Assembly: GCA_951406725.2 (NCBI GenBank)
Contig: OX597818.1
Span: 40,982,001-41,046,000 of the forward strand
Direction: 5' to 3'
DNA length: 64,000 bases
DNA from: Octopus vulgaris
Lineage: Eukaryota
Numbering within the stretch: the stretch's first letter is position 1; every line of letters begins with the position of its first letter. Made by a program: the position numbers and the translations under genes. The notes beneath the pieces are model-generated. The model was not told where the DNA came from. It saw nothing but the letters and a program-made list of their open reading frames with translations, and made no database searches. Below are positions 1-14,839 of the stretch, piece by piece.

Positions 1-81
<81 letters not shown>

Positions 82-119
82 CATCATTATTATTATTATT
101 ATTATCATCATCATCATCA

Positions 120-159
<40 letters not shown>

Positions 160-179
160 CATTATTATTATTATTATTA

Positions 180-237
<58 letters not shown>

Positions 238-258
238 CATTATTATTATTATTATTAT
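1..258. repeat. (ATT)n microsatellite with ATC interruptions
   Basis: Direct reading of the sequence. Confidence 0.98.
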
Positions 259-274
259 ACATACATACATGCAT

Positions 275-365
275 GCTCCTTCCTTTAATGAGCGTCCGAT
301 AATACAATACTTGTACCACGTCCTCGCGTTGATGTTTTTCTTGTTTGTTCTTTGCTTGGATTCAC

Positions 366-433
<68 letters not shown>

Positions 434-644
434 ATCCCGCTTCAAAAAAAAAAACGAAGAAAAACCACAAGAAGAAAAAAACATCAACACGAGGACGTGA
501 TACACGCAATGTATTAGCAGACGCTCAGGGAAGGAAAGTAAGGTGGTTTTGCGTTTCTGACAGAAACAGAAGACAGAGGAAAGTCCAAGAGAAAAGGAAG
601 ACGGAGTGAAAAATCGCCAACGATCGACATGTGGTTACATTTTG

Positions 645-645
<1 letters not shown>
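275..645. mobile_element. Two inverted fragments of a Penelope-like terminal-repeat family (family HH-E) flanking a (TA)n(TG)n tract
   Basis: 275-345 (ccttcc..tgagcgtccgataatac..accacgtcctcgcgttgatgttttt) matches the reverse complement of ~470-538. Both resemble the hammerhead-bearing copy at 28953-29141. Confidence 0.6.
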
Positions 646-722
<77 letters not shown>

Positions 723-959
723 GGAAATCATCGTCTGACTGAAGTCTTCATTCGAAGGCTTGCAACCGTGTCCTGCGCTGAAAGTAATGATGCGACAGAG
801 TGGAGTAAAACCGGTTGACAGATGTGAAGAGGTATAACCGCATAGTGTCGGTCGCCTGATTAAATGTTCCGGTTTGGTCAGAGAAGAAAGAAGTTAAACA
901 TTGAAAACATGTTTTCAGACTTAAATTGCAGAAGCTTCGACCAGTTAGTTGCACTAAAA

Positions 960-1200
960 CTGAAAATGGGAGAGAGAGATGAGGAAAGGAGTAGATAATC
1001 CAGTATGGATCAGTAATAGATGGAGAAAGGTTTGTTCATATAGACGGTGTGTAGATCAAAGATATGACTAGAATAGTTTATGAAGTCAGTAGAGACACCA
1101 CAGGCTGGTAACAGAATCAGCCTGCATACGAGCAATGCTAGAACAAAAATGATTTGTGTACGTTGAACTCACCAAGAATGATGTTTATTAGAGAGGAGAG
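960..1200 (-). pseudogene. Degenerate LINE AP-endonuclease fragment
   Basis: Minus strand reads NIILGEFNVHK, resembling the APE motif ILGDFNxH. A SHIFDL stretch follows in another frame; many stops. Confidence 0.4.
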
Positions 1201-1327
1201 AGAGCGCGAGAGCGAGAGATCGAGAGAGATCTTAGCTGAGTTCACATGTAGTCCACCAACGCAGGCTGATAAATACGGCAATTGATGGTGGTGTGCAATA
1301 TACGAACAGTCATACGCGCATAAATTT

Positions 1328-1616
1328 GTGGAGGCACATGGCCTAGTGGTTAGAGCCGCGGACTCGCAGTCGAGGGATTGCGAGTTCAAATCTCAGACCA
1401 GGCGATGTGTGTGTTTATGAGCGAAGCACCTAAGCTCCACGCGGCTCTGGCAGAAGGTAATGGCGAACTTCTGCCGACTCTTTCGCCACCACTTTCTCTC
1501 ACTCTTTCCTCCTGCATCTTGCAGTTCACCTGCGACGAACCTATACGCCAAGGAAACCGAAAAGCGGTCCTTATGAGCTGGGCATGGCTCGAGAAGGAAC
1601 ACACAACAACATAACA
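1328..1616 (+). mobile_element. tRNA-derived SINE, family A (Arg-like head; possibly octopus OR-type)
   Basis: A-box tggcctagtgg, B-box-like gagttcaaatc, anticodon-like ctcgca. Near-identical copy at 40497-40802(-). TSD cataaattt at 1319-1327 and 1617-1625. Confidence 0.85.
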
Positions 1617-1925
1617 CATAAATTTACGTAAATACCCAGCACACATATGTATCTCTGTATACTTTAAGATGCACACATATAACTGAAACAGAATCAGAGA
1701 AAAAGATAGAGAGAGAGAGAGAGAGAGAAAGAAAGTAAAAGAGTGAGAGAGTGGAGGCAATGAGTGAGGGACTGAGCGAGAAAAATTTGGACTTAGAATT
1801 GCTCTTTTGGTACAACATATAATTATCATTACTACACGTTTTTGGCAAGCCTGACTGCCGCCAACTATAACTTGTAGCATATATATATATATATACATAA
1901 CAATATATACGTGTGTGTATACATA

Positions 1926-1991
<66 letters not shown>

Positions 1992-2825
1992 CACATATAT
2001 ATGTGTGTGTGCATATATATATACATATATATGTGCATATATATATATATACATATACATGCACACATGGGTTTTCTATATACATATATTTATATATATA
2101 TATGTGTGTGTGTGTATTATTGACTATGTAGATGAGTACATATGTATATATAGACATACACATACATATATATATACACACACACATTCACATACATGAA
2201 TTTTATGGAGGGGAAAAAATATACAATCACATGATTTATAAACAAATATAAAGAAATTATTTGTTGTTTGTATCTTGCATCATAATTCATTCCACCCCTA
2301 CACCAAATATCATAACCCCACTCCGCTGTTCTCTAATACCCCCTCCCCTACGCACACACACATATATTGCCCAAACGCCCCACCGCACACACACCTACAA
2401 GGAAAACAGAAAACTTAGAATATTCATCTAATTAGATTGATTCGCGATACCCAATCGAAACCAATTTTGTGCAGAGGGAGAAAATTCCGTTGAGCCATGA
2501 ACTGTTTGGTACATTTACAACGAAGCTATGCCAAACTTTATGGAGCCTTGCGAAGCCCATTTGACTTCATTTCTGACATTCGATTTCGATCGATTCTTTG
2601 TTTGCGTTTTTCGTTTTTTCTTTTGTTTGTTTTTTGTTGCTTCTATGTTTTTGTTTGTATATTTTTTAATGTCAAATCGGATTGATTTGAACAAACTTAA
2701 AAGACATACCGTATCGAAATTTTTTGTTAAATGAAATATATGTTTGTGACTTGAAAGACGAGCATTGCTCACAATCAAACGGTTAGAAATTTATGTGCAA
2801 ACGTTAATGTGCGTTTATATGTACG

Positions 2826-2882
<57 letters not shown>

Positions 2883-2891
2883 GTATATATA

Positions 2892-2929
<38 letters not shown>

Positions 2930-3183
2930 TGTGTATGTACGCATGTATGCATGTTGCGATGTGCGATTACATGCATAACTATGAACGAATGAATAAACAA
3001 ATTGTTGGATAGATGTGTGTATATATGACTAGGTAACCTATATGTGTTGACGTAGATTTAATTCAATCTTTGTGTTTAAATCCAAATCATAATATTTCTT
3101 ATTTTATCCCGTCTCCGCCACATTCATACTACCTCTTCTGTTTCTTTCCTGTATCGTATGTATTCTATATGTGTGTGTGTGTG

Positions 3184-3218
<35 letters not shown>

Positions 3219-3300
3219 GAAGCATTTTATTGATCATATAACAACACACGTACCTTTCTCGGCATACCTGCTCTTTCCTCTCCTCTCTAGACGTTTCCTT

Positions 3301-3331
3301 CTTTCTGACGAAGAACCTTCATCGAAACGTC
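3301..3331 (+). ncRNA. Degenerate minimal hammerhead motif (family HH-E)
   Basis: cttt-CTGACGA-A-gaaccttcatc-GAAAC-GTC. Stem II is only 2 bp and the 3' stem-I strand (aaag) seen in the 29044 copy is missing. Confidence 0.5.
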
Positions 3332-3573
3332 TTTTCCACTCCTATTTTTCTCTCAAATACTTTCACAGAGTATCGATCTAATATAGTCACTGTGCACGTC
3401 TAATTGACCTTTATCGTTTTTTCCCTTTTTTTATTTGCATGAGTGTGTGTGTGTGTGTATTAATCAATTGATTTATTGATTGATTGATTGTTGACGAATA
3501 CCTTTCAACTTTTTCTATCCAAGAGGATGTTTTCAACCCAGTTTTGCATGCTACTGGTCGTAGCTTTATGTTT

Positions 3574-3752
3574 AAAGCAGCGAGTTGGCAGAATTGTTAG
3601 CAAGCCTCAGCAAATGCTTATCGCCATTTCGTCCACCTTCACGTCCTGAGTTCAAAATCCGCGGTGTTCGACTTAGCCTTTTGGGATCGATGCAATCAAC
3701 TGGTCCTGTCCTTCAAAATTTCAGGTGCTGTGTCTATGATAGAGAGGACTAC
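3574..3752 (+). mobile_element. SINE family C, degenerate copy
   Basis: aagcagcgagttggcagaattgttagc..gagttcaaaatccgc.. matches the family C copies at 29516 and 38234. Confidence 0.7.
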
Positions 3753-4069
3753 TTATAATTATACGTGCACTTCTAGATTTCCATACACACACACTTATGT
3801 ATATATATATATATATATATAGTTCACAAATGAGATTCAGATATTCTCCATATATTCTCCACTTAGTAGTGTTCAAAAGATTCAAACATATATACCGATA
3901 TCTTTACATGGGATCATTCCACAAAGTAGAGAGGTTATAAGAGGGATCAGGTTGAGCGGACATATAGGCAATTGTGGGGATAAACAAATTTGATTCATCA
4001 AATATTTGATACCCAAACTCATAAATTTAATATATTTGATGCATCTAATATGTTTATCCGCATAATTGG

Positions 4070-4155
<86 letters not shown>

Positions 4156-4619
4156 GAACCATGATTATTGAAAAGGTTGCAAGACGCAACGAAAAGTTTA
4201 GCAAAATAAAAATAGGAAATAAGTGGAAATTTTACCGGTGGGTGTGTTAAATTATAAGGTACAAAAAGAAAATGACTCTCCTCAGACATAACAGAATATG
4301 CTTCAACACACGAACTCACATAAAGACTCTTGCAAACCAAATCCAAAAACGAAATATATATATATAAACATATGTATGTATCTATATCTGTACGTAAGAT
4401 TCAGTTTAAAAGTATATAAATGCAATATCTTATAACTGAGTTATAAATATTGTAAATATAACTCTGCTATGAAATTAGAAATTATGTCAGATATTTTGTT
4501 TGGACAACTGGCCTGGTCACAACACATAGTGTCCCCACTTCTGAAATATGTGGTTGAAGCATGTACTGCTTCCTAGGAAGTAAAAAGCAATACATAGACG
4601 CAGCACGGACAGCAACATT

Positions 4620-4870
4620 CGAACAGCAATCTTATTTGGATATGACTCAAAAGGTTCTAAAAGAGCTGACCTAGCTACAAGAAAAAGAACATCATAGAAA
4701 CGCATACCAGCACACAAGACCACTGCAAACGGCAAAATATCCAGGGTGGCCACGCCCGACGCCCCTACAAATTTCAGACCAGTGGCCGTTTCGGTTACCC
4801 CAGTTCCATAGCTGAATGCCAGAAGTACAGATCTTCATACCTGAAATATCTAGTTACATGTAATCGAACC
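4620..4870 (+). pseudogene. Highly degraded LINE reverse-transcriptase N-terminal fragment (CR1/L2-like)
   Basis: Colinear but frame-shifted motifs VLKEL, LQTAKYPGW and PTNFRPVA resemble VLKELA..G.PxxW..NYRPI. Confidence 0.35.
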
Positions 4871-6963
4871 ATATGTATGGCACTAACAAAAATACCATCT
4901 GGCACAGCAGATGCTGAAATACACATATAAAGATAGGTTGTATTTATGATAGAAATGATAGGAGACAAAGAACTCATGTTCGAGTTGTTTTGTACACCCC
5001 GGAAACAGTCACATCTGTAATTTTTGCTGTCCCGTGCTTACAAGTTGGATGAAAACAATCTTACTTACAAAGACTGGTTTGGGTTAGTGGCAGAATGAGT
5101 ATCCAAGTGTAAAAAAAATGTTCCAATAATATGTACTCACCTAATCCATGCTAACATAGAAAAATGGGTGTAAAACAAAACAGATATTACTTATGTATAT
5201 CTCCTATATTTTGAAATGATCAAATGTCAAGTTGACTTTGATAAGAATTGAACTCGGTATGTTGTAGTACCAAACTTGTTATAATGAAATGAGTTGGAAA
5301 ATACACACTACTCAAACTCAGTCTGTGACACACTGATAGTACATGTTCAGCAAATCAAAATGACAATATGTACTACATATCGTCCCCTACCATGTGTATA
5401 AAATCATGGAGACTGGTTCGAAGAGACCCTCAAGATACAAGAGATATTAACCACCTTAGGAGACAGTCTTCCCATACTTCCTCTGAGAGATTTCAGCCTC
5501 CTTAATGGTGAGTGGAGTGTGGGCCATTTCCTCTGGGGTATGTCACTGCATGAGTAGAGGTAGGCAGAGACTCTTCTTAGCCTTACAAACATGCTATTCC
5601 TGGAGGAAATAGCGGTCTACCCAACAAGAGGTCCTAGACATGTTTTTCACTATTAATGCAGTGCTCACCCATAATTTTCCGATGATACCAACGATTTTCT
5701 CGACCATAACGTTGTAGAACTAAAAATGTATGGTCCGAGAAAAACTGCAGCTGTTAACTCTGCCCTTTGTTCATCCGCCCTTTGACGGCTCTTGTCTTTT
5801 TAAAACAAGGAGGGTGTCGAAAAACCACCCTACTTACCAAGCAAGACCTTGTGTTTTTGCTGATTTAGTCGTTGATGGCTTTACCATGCAACAGGTTGTA
5901 TAGAATCCCATGCTGCCAGCAGCATTCAACAAAAATTTCGCACAGTCCCAATCAACTTCACAACCTATTGGTTATCAGAGAATTTAATTCAAGACAATTG
6001 CCCGAGTAGCCGTACAGTCAGATCGAACTCAGAACCATCTGGCTGCAAGTCTAACTTCTTAACCACGCAACTACACTTAACCCTTGAATGAGAACCGTTG
6101 TGACTTCTTGCATCCAACGGAATCGATACACGATCGATCACAGCGCTTATAGCAATAATATTAACTACGATTTTCATTTGAAGTGAATCCTGTCCACATT
6201 TTTCAAGTCAGTTTTACCCAAAGTCTATTAAGATATCAACAAAGATACCATAACTTAAAACACATCAAACAATGAACGGACTCCTACGTTGTTTCAATAG
6301 AGATTTACAAGAAACGTCTTCATTTTTTAAAACACATTTTATATGCAAATTAATTGTTAAGTTTTCTTTAAAAAAAGCATTCAATAAAGATAAGTCCGAA
6401 AGCTCTTACGTTATAACGTTGAAGCTTATCTAAATACCATTTTCGTCCGTGTTTCTTAATATCGTTTCTTGCCAACGTAATGTTTCTCTCTTTCTAACAT
6501 GATGATGATGATGATGATTCTGATGATGATGATGCTGATGATGAAGATGATGATGAAACATAAAAACATAAGCAAATATTAATGAGCTATTCATCTTTCG
6601 ACAAACAGCAATGAATAAGATTCTCTTAGATCGGAATCACGTTTTTTTTTTGGGGGGGTTCCAATTCTTGTATCTCTGTCAGCTTTTGTTACATGTTATA
6701 GATGTGGTTTTATATATAAATAAAGATACGGCAGATAACAGCGTGAATTTTGGAAAATATTGCAAGCAAGCGCACTTTCTCCTTTTCTCCCTCTTTCATT
6801 CTCCCTCTCTCTTTTTATCTCTCTCTCACACACATGCATATGCATAGGAATACACAGAGTTGTATATATGTGTATAAATGCATATGTGTGTATGGATATA
6901 TACATGTAGGTGTCTATGTACGTATGTATGTATTGTTATATACAAGTATAATTTTTATACTGT

Positions 6964-7035
<72 letters not shown>

Positions 7036-8177
7036 ACAGCATAATAATTGTACATGTATATAACAATACATACGTACATACACACCTACATATGAATGCA
7101 TATATATACATGAGTACATAAATATATGCATATATATCCATACACACACATGCATTTATACACATATATACGTATGTATATACGTATATTTGTGTGTGAC
7201 TATGTATGTATACAAGCACACATACATACGTACATATATATACACACACACACACATATATATATATACATATATATATGTACGTATGTGTGCGTGTGTG
7301 TATGTATGTATGTATATATGTATGTATATATGTATTATGTATGTGCGTGTGTGTGTATGTACGTATTATGTATCTATGTAATTATGCCTGTATGTGTGTG
7401 TATGTATGTATATTCGTGTATGTTTGTATGCATGTATGTATGTATGTATGTATGTATGTATGTATGTGTGTGTGTATGTATGCTTATGTCTGTATATGCA
7501 TATGTGTGCCATGCGTATAGAGAGATATCTATAGAGAGCAAGAAACGACGGAAAGAATTTTTAATAAGAGAATATACAGAGAGACATAGGAATAAAGAGA
7601 AAGAGAAATAGAGAGGAGGAAAAGAGGAGGAGGAAGAGTGGAGTGTTTATAATAAATAGAAAAATTGGTTAATTGAATGAATGTATATCTAGGTCCATAC
7701 ATTGATTTTTATTCATTATATTAGTATAATGTTCCGCTTCCACTACCACCACCATCGCCACCGCCACCAACATCAGAACCCCCATCACCGCCACCACCTT
7801 CACTATTACGACAACTACTACGATCATTATTATCGCCGCTATTGCAACAACAGCCATAGCTTTACTTCCACCATCTTTAATTAATACACCAGACACATAT
7901 CTAACAATATGGCCGCCGCAATGTAATCATCTGTAACTAATTTCTTCTCGATATTAAAAATATCCTTCCCACTTGCCATTTTCCTCTCGCTCCTGCTCTT
8001 TCTCTCATTACTGGCCTCTCTTTCTTCGTTTTCCTTTTGTTTCTCTGCTTCTGTTTGCTTGTGTATTTATCTATGTGTTTATGCATTTATGTATGTGTAT
8101 GGATGTACACTTGTAGCCTCTCTTTCTAGTACTCTCTTTCTCTCTCTCTATACGCACACACACATATACATACATAC

Positions 8178-8217
<40 letters not shown>

Positions 8218-8515
8218 TTCTCTCTGTCTATCTCTTTATTTACCTATTAATCCATCAAGCCTCACTATGTTTTCTATTTTCTCACTTTTTGTACTCTTGC
8301 ACAGTGTTTCTTTATTTTTTTCGCCCCCTTTTTTTCCATCTTTCTTCCTCGCCGTTGAGCTGCCCTTTCTATTTCTCATCTTCATCCATTTTTGCCTGTA
8401 AATACGTGAAAATGTATGTGTTTGTGTGTATTATATTTCTCTGCATGTGTGTGGATCTGTGTAAAGACTAACTATTTGAATAAACATGGAGTCCTCAAAG
8501 AATATCTAGAGTAAA

Positions 8516-8633
<118 letters not shown>

Positions 8634-8809
8634 TAGACTAGACAGAAAGATAGACAGATAGTGAGACAGATAGATAGAGAGAGAGAGATTTTTCTCCTTT
8701 TTCTCTCAGTCTCTTTTTTACTGTATCTCTTTAGCTGCACCTCACTTTAATCCCCACTTGCTTTGTGAACATTGTCTATATTTTTCGAATATTTATTTCT
8801 CTCCTCCTC

Positions 8810-8844
<35 letters not shown>

Positions 8845-8845
8845 A

Positions 8846-8888
<43 letters not shown>

Positions 8889-9438
8889 ATCCCTCTCACA
8901 TACATATGCACACACTTGCACCACATCTTTTTTGTTTCCGCTCATACAATTTGCACTCGACTTTTCAGGTCAGATCTGGTTATATTTCATTTTCTCTTCA
9001 TATCCCGCTTGCTCTCTCTCTCTCTTCAATTTTTGTTGTGCTCTTTTTCTTTCTCATTATTATTTTCTTTCTCACCTCTCACATATCTTTGTATATCTCT
9101 CACCCATTCTTTTCTTTTCACTATCATTCTCTCTCATATTCCCTCACTGACTCGCTGTCTCTCTCTCGCTCGCTCTCCCCTTTCTTTCTCTTTCTCCTCT
9201 CTCCCTCTCTCTAATTCTCATTCATGAATTTCACAATGTTTTTTGTTCTTCAAAATATTAATATCTTCATTTATTAATAACAAATATTATTTCTAAATAT
9301 TAAATGGTAAACTGAGTTTTGCTATCGCTTCTTTCTTCTCAAGAGCCAATCTTTTCAATATACATTCCCATCTATTAAACACTCAGTCTTCCTTTATATC
9401 TTCGAATTTTGTGTCTTTAATGAATATATTCATACATT

Positions 9439-9477
<39 letters not shown>

Positions 9478-10049
9478 AAACACAGCACGCACATTCATAC
9501 TTGGTGATAGCTCCATCTTCACAACTGACTGCCACTCCTTATGTTTCCTCGTTGTCTATGACATTTCTGACTTTCCATCCATGACCTTTCAGATGGCTAT
9601 TCAGTCCCGATGCGGATCTGCTTGGTTTGAAGCATAGGTGACAAAAAAAAACTTGTAACTTATTGCGCTCTTCCAAATAGTTAGGTCTGCATACGTCGCT
9701 GCTCTTTCATTACCATTGGACTTTCAGTAGATGGAATGACAAATTAGTTCACCGTAAAGGGGTATTTGTATGCCGTTGGATTATAGTAATAAACGCTTGT
9801 ATAAGACGAGTGCTAATCTCTGAATGTCCGTGATTAGTACCTAGTGACAGACAGAAGTGAGATGACCAGTAATCACGTTTTGGATTTGATTAGCAAGATT
9901 CTTGAAATGAAACAAAAAGACAGAGGTGAAAAGAGTTGGAGAAGAGAGGACATATCATTGATGAGGTTGCAATGCCGACGAAAGGGCATTGACAAATATA
10001 GCTGATTGATTAATTGAGCGAAAGATTAATCAAGATTAGTAAAATGTTT

Positions 10050-10192
10050 TTCCGGGTTCAGTCCCACTGCATGACACCTTGGGCAAGTGTCTTCTACTAT
10101 AGCCTCGGGCTGACCAAAGCCTTGTGAATGGATTTGTTGGACGGAAACTGAAAAGAAGCCCGTCGTATATATGTATATGTATATGTATATTA

Positions 10193-10255
<63 letters not shown>

Positions 10256-10462
10256 GCGGGGTTGTGTGTCTGTGTTTGTCCCCCAACATCGCTTGACAAA
10301 GGATGCTGGTGTGTTTACGTCCTCGTAACCTAGCGGTTCGGCAAAAGAGACCGATAGAATAAGTACGAGGCTTAAAAAGAATAAGTCTTGGGGTTGATTT
10401 GCTCAACTAAATGTAGTGCTCCAGCATGGCCGCAGACTGAAACAAGTAAGAGAGTAAAAGAG
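10050..10462 (+). mobile_element. SINE family B, 5'-truncated, with internal (TA)n
   Basis: ggttcagtcccactgc..gggcaagtgtcttctactatagcc..gactgaaacaagtaa; homologous to the 20512 copy. Confidence 0.85.
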
Positions 10463-10489
10463 AACTGACTAAGAATAATAAAATAGGTG

Positions 10490-10661
10490 AAATAGTACCT
10501 GTCTCGGTATCAGGGCGTGTATAAGTCTTTAAAAAAAGACTTATACACGCCCTGATACCGTCGGTATCTACATATCAAATTTGAGCCCAATCGGATGGAG
10601 GATGCCCGAGATCCTAGAAGACACACACACAAACAGACAGAACTGATTTTATATAATAGAT
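10490..10661 (+). mobile_element. Helentron/DINE-1-like non-autonomous fragment containing a perfect 26-bp hairpin
   Basis: caaatttgagcccaatcggat..cacacacacaaacagacag..ttttatataatagat resembles the end of DINE-1/Lep1-like elements. Hairpin at 10505-10560. Confidence 0.5.
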
Positions 10662-10689
10662 ATATAATGTATATACATTATATATATAC

Positions 10690-10848
10690 ATTCTTTCATT
10701 CTTTTACCTGTTTCAGTGATCTGACTGCAGCCATGCTGGAGCACTGCCTTAACGGGTATTAGTCGAAGCAATCGACCCCAGGGTTTATTCTTTCTTGGCC
10801 TAGTACTTATTTCATCACGTCCCTTTTGCCGAACCGCTAACTTACGAG
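10690..10848 (-). mobile_element. SINE family B, 3' portion
   Basis: Reverse complement matches cgtaa..gcggttcggcaaaag..ggggtcgatt..ctccagcatggctgcagtc..ctgaaaca. Confidence 0.75.
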
Positions 10849-10888
<40 letters not shown>

Positions 10889-11019
10889 AATTGCGTGTAT
10901 ACCTATAAATTTTCGTACATATATATGTGAGTATATAGATAGATAAGTAAATAGAAAGATAGATAGAAAAATAGATAGATACATACATACATACATACAT
11001 ACGTACGTAGGTAGGTAGG

Positions 11020-11094
<75 letters not shown>

Positions 11095-11212
11095 ACTTAT
11101 CGATTCATTTATAGAAAGAGAGAAATATATATCAATATAGATTGATATTTGTGTACGTGCCAAGTGTATGTGCATGTCTAAAATCATACATACATACATA
11201 TATACATACATT

Positions 11213-11272
<60 letters not shown>

Positions 11273-11287
11273 CACACACACACACAC

Positions 11288-11385
<98 letters not shown>

Positions 11386-11785
11386 ATAAAAATGTGTGTA
11401 TTAATGTTATTCATCTTTACATTTATTACCGCTCAGTAATCTATCTTTGCATATATGTGTGGTTTGTGTTTTCCTTCATCCACTGCCATTATTTCGCTGT
11501 TCAACTGTTTATTAATTTCCCAATGTATCCTCCTTGCACACTTCAGTTTTCCTAACACCCTTACCCCGGACTTCCTATACGCCATTGTTGACACGGGTCT
11601 CACTCTTCCATACACACCCATACACCCATACACATACACAGAAGCTGCACGAGCTCACGCAAGCGCACTCATGTACGTACAATCGTGCATTTGTCAGGCG
11701 CGTATACAGACAAACACGAATCCACGCATGCTTATACACCGTTGTTCCAATGCAGAGCTATTAGCTCTATTTCCTGTTATTTCAG

Positions 11786-11843
11786 TTGCTACTTCCGGCA
11801 TCGCAGACCATCCACTCGGTTGGCTCGATACTGTACTCAGCAG
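11786..11843 (+). CDS. Candidate 58-nt internal exon of an unidentified gene
   Basis: Acceptor tttcctgttatttcag, donor CAG|gtgagt. GC-richer unique sequence; all three frames are open. Protein not recognised. Confidence 0.45.
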
Positions 11844-12588
11844 GTGAGTATTGTAATGATAGGACTGCCAAGGAAGGATTCACAGGAAGACAGGAAGTTG
11901 ATGAGTGCTTTGGATGATGTGAAGGGTTAGCGGTAGAAATAAATTGATGTCGTGGTCGGATATTGTCTGCGAAGAATAAAGAATTTAAAAAAAAAGAAGG
12001 AAAGAAAGGAAAACAGAATAATGCCGGTTACAGAATAAGCGGTTTCTTGTCAAATCCTTGGCAAAAGACACCGACTACAGTTTCAAATCGATAAAACGAA
12101 AATAAAAGAAAAGTATCTATTTGTGAAGAAGAATACAAATACTTTACTCCCGTTTTAAATCAGATACATATACGAACGTGTTTGTATGCGTGTGATGTGT
12201 GTATGTGTGTGCTTCTGTACAGCGTTTAGTTATCCTTAAGAGCGTGTATTAGCAGTAAGTTTTAAGTTGATAGCAGACGACAGTTTCTAGAGGGGCAGTT
12301 ACGAGGTGTAATGGCGACATGTAAAAGACGTTGTTTCTTAAAATACTGATGTATACATAACCGCAGCTGTTTAAGTCCTTTGGAGATTCAATCCATTGGC
12401 CGACGCCTTCGCGTTTCCTTTTCTCTACCGGTATTGTTATGAGTCTATGGCAAATACACGGAACTTCGATATAACCAAGTTTTATACATTTCAAATAGCT
12501 ATCAGAGAGAGGCGCAGTTCCCTGCTGCTCCACCGATCTTTTTGCAATATACATGCATATTTAGATATATAGATACATATATAGATAC

Positions 12589-13150
<562 letters not shown>

Positions 13151-13188
13151 TATAATTATATATATATATGTATATATACACACACACA

Positions 13189-13259
<71 letters not shown>

Positions 13260-13440
13260 TCCTATGTAAACAAGCAAGTTTGTTTTTGAAGCGTTGAAAT
13301 GTATTGTAGAACAAGTATTGTAGAAAGATAGATTTTATTCAACGCGTAAATACTGAACAGTATATATATAAGGATAAAATCCTTTTAAGAGTAGAAAATA
13401 TAAATATCCCTCATATGCTCTACCCGACAGCTAAAGGGTA

Positions 13441-13491
13441 GGGCATATAAATATCCCTTAGACGGTTTATAACTTCTTATTCAACTCACCT

Positions 13492-13524
<33 letters not shown>

Positions 13525-13588
13525 CATATATATATAATCAGCCGAAATATATATATATATATGGCGTTCATGTTCTTGTCCATGTCTG

Positions 13589-13646
<58 letters not shown>

Positions 13647-13696
13647 TGAGTTCAATAAGAGGTTATAAAAACCGTCTAAGGGATATTTATATGCCC
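13441..13696. repeat. ~50-bp inverted repeat bracketing microsatellites (Penelope-like terminal fragments)
   Basis: gggcatataaatatcccttagacggtttataacttcttattcaactcacc (13441-13490) versus ggtgagttcaataagaggttataaaaaccgtctaagggatatttatatgccc (13645-13696). Confidence 0.85.
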
Positions 13697-13962
13697 AAAA
13701 TAGCGCGAACAGAAACAGCTGTTAGATGAGATATTGTCTTTTTGTAATCAATAAATAATAATCGATGTTTATCAACTATCAATTTTATCTTCATTTTCTT
13801 ATTTTTCCTTATATATATATATAATGAAAATAGCTTAGAAGATCTAATGATTATACCCTTATAAGACGGTAAAATGTAGCCAGGAAGCCGCTACAGAAAA
13901 TCAAACTCTGTACCTTTCACATTCCGGCAGTGAGCTATTATTTAATGTTATTAGTTAACATT

Positions 13963-14181
13963 CAAGGGCTGCGTGCTTGCAGAATCGGCAGCATGCCGGG
14001 TAAAATGTTTTGTAGTATTTCGTCAGTCTTTACAATCTGAGTTAAAATTCCGCCTAGGTCGACTTTGTCTTTCATCCTTTCGGAGTCGTTTAAAATAAAT
14101 ACCAGTTACTAGGGTCGATGTAGTCGGCTTAATCCCGTCCCTCAAATTTGAAACCTTGTGCTTCTGTTAGAAAGGTTTATT
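13963..14181 (+). mobile_element. SINE family C monomer, diverged
   Basis: Contains aaattccgcctaggtcgactttgtctttcatcctttcggagtcg. Confidence 0.75.
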
Positions 14182-14455
14182 AATTAACGTTCAAAAATAC
14201 AGTTTCTGTTCCTGGGGTTCGTTTAGCTTAAAAGTACGGAACGCTAAACCGGAATTTGAACGGGGCAAAGTTCGATTCTCTGTAGCGAGTTGTTGACCAC
14301 TTCCACCACCCTAGTCTCATAAGGGCATTTTTACCCGATCTTCTAAGCTGTTTTCACAGATATTCTCTAACGTTCAAGATTTCCTTAATTTCTAAAATAA
14401 AACAATTCACTCGACGCTTCGAGGTATGTTTATAAAAATGTACTCACATTAAAAT

Positions 14456-14839
14456 CAAATACAATCATTCATCAACAGATGTTTGCGTAGTATACTTAAA
14501 ATTAGATGGCCCGAACACATAAGCAATATGGAGCTATGGCAAAGAACAAATCAATTTTCGATTAGGGAGCAAATATTTAAGAAAAGGTGGAAGTGGATTG
14601 GTAGCACAATTAGAAAAGACACACCAAATGTAGCGAAAAGTGCTTTACAGTGGAATCCAGATGGATATAGAAAGAAAGTTAGACCTAAGAACTTGTGGCG
14701 TAGATCAACACAAAAGGAACTAGAAAGGGGGACATTCATGGCAGAGTATAAGTCCAGAAGCGAAAAATTATGCGACATGGTATTCAACTATACGTGGCCT
14801 ATACTCCGCGTTGGAGGGTTAAAGGTAGGAAGAAGGAAG
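14456..14839 (+). mobile_element. 5'-truncated RTE/RTE-X-like LINE (ORF2 C-terminus) with 14-bp TSD
   Basis: CLRSILKIRWPEHISNMELWQRTNQ..RWKWIG..ALQWNPDG.RK..RP..WRR is typical of the RTE ORF2 end. TSD actcacattaaaat at 14442-14455 and 14840-14853; purine-rich tail. Confidence 0.85.

Noticed and set aside
3980-4040. FIKYLIPKL as a GIY-YIG C-terminus
   Set aside because: Too short, flanked by a stop, and compatible with chance in AT-rich DNA.
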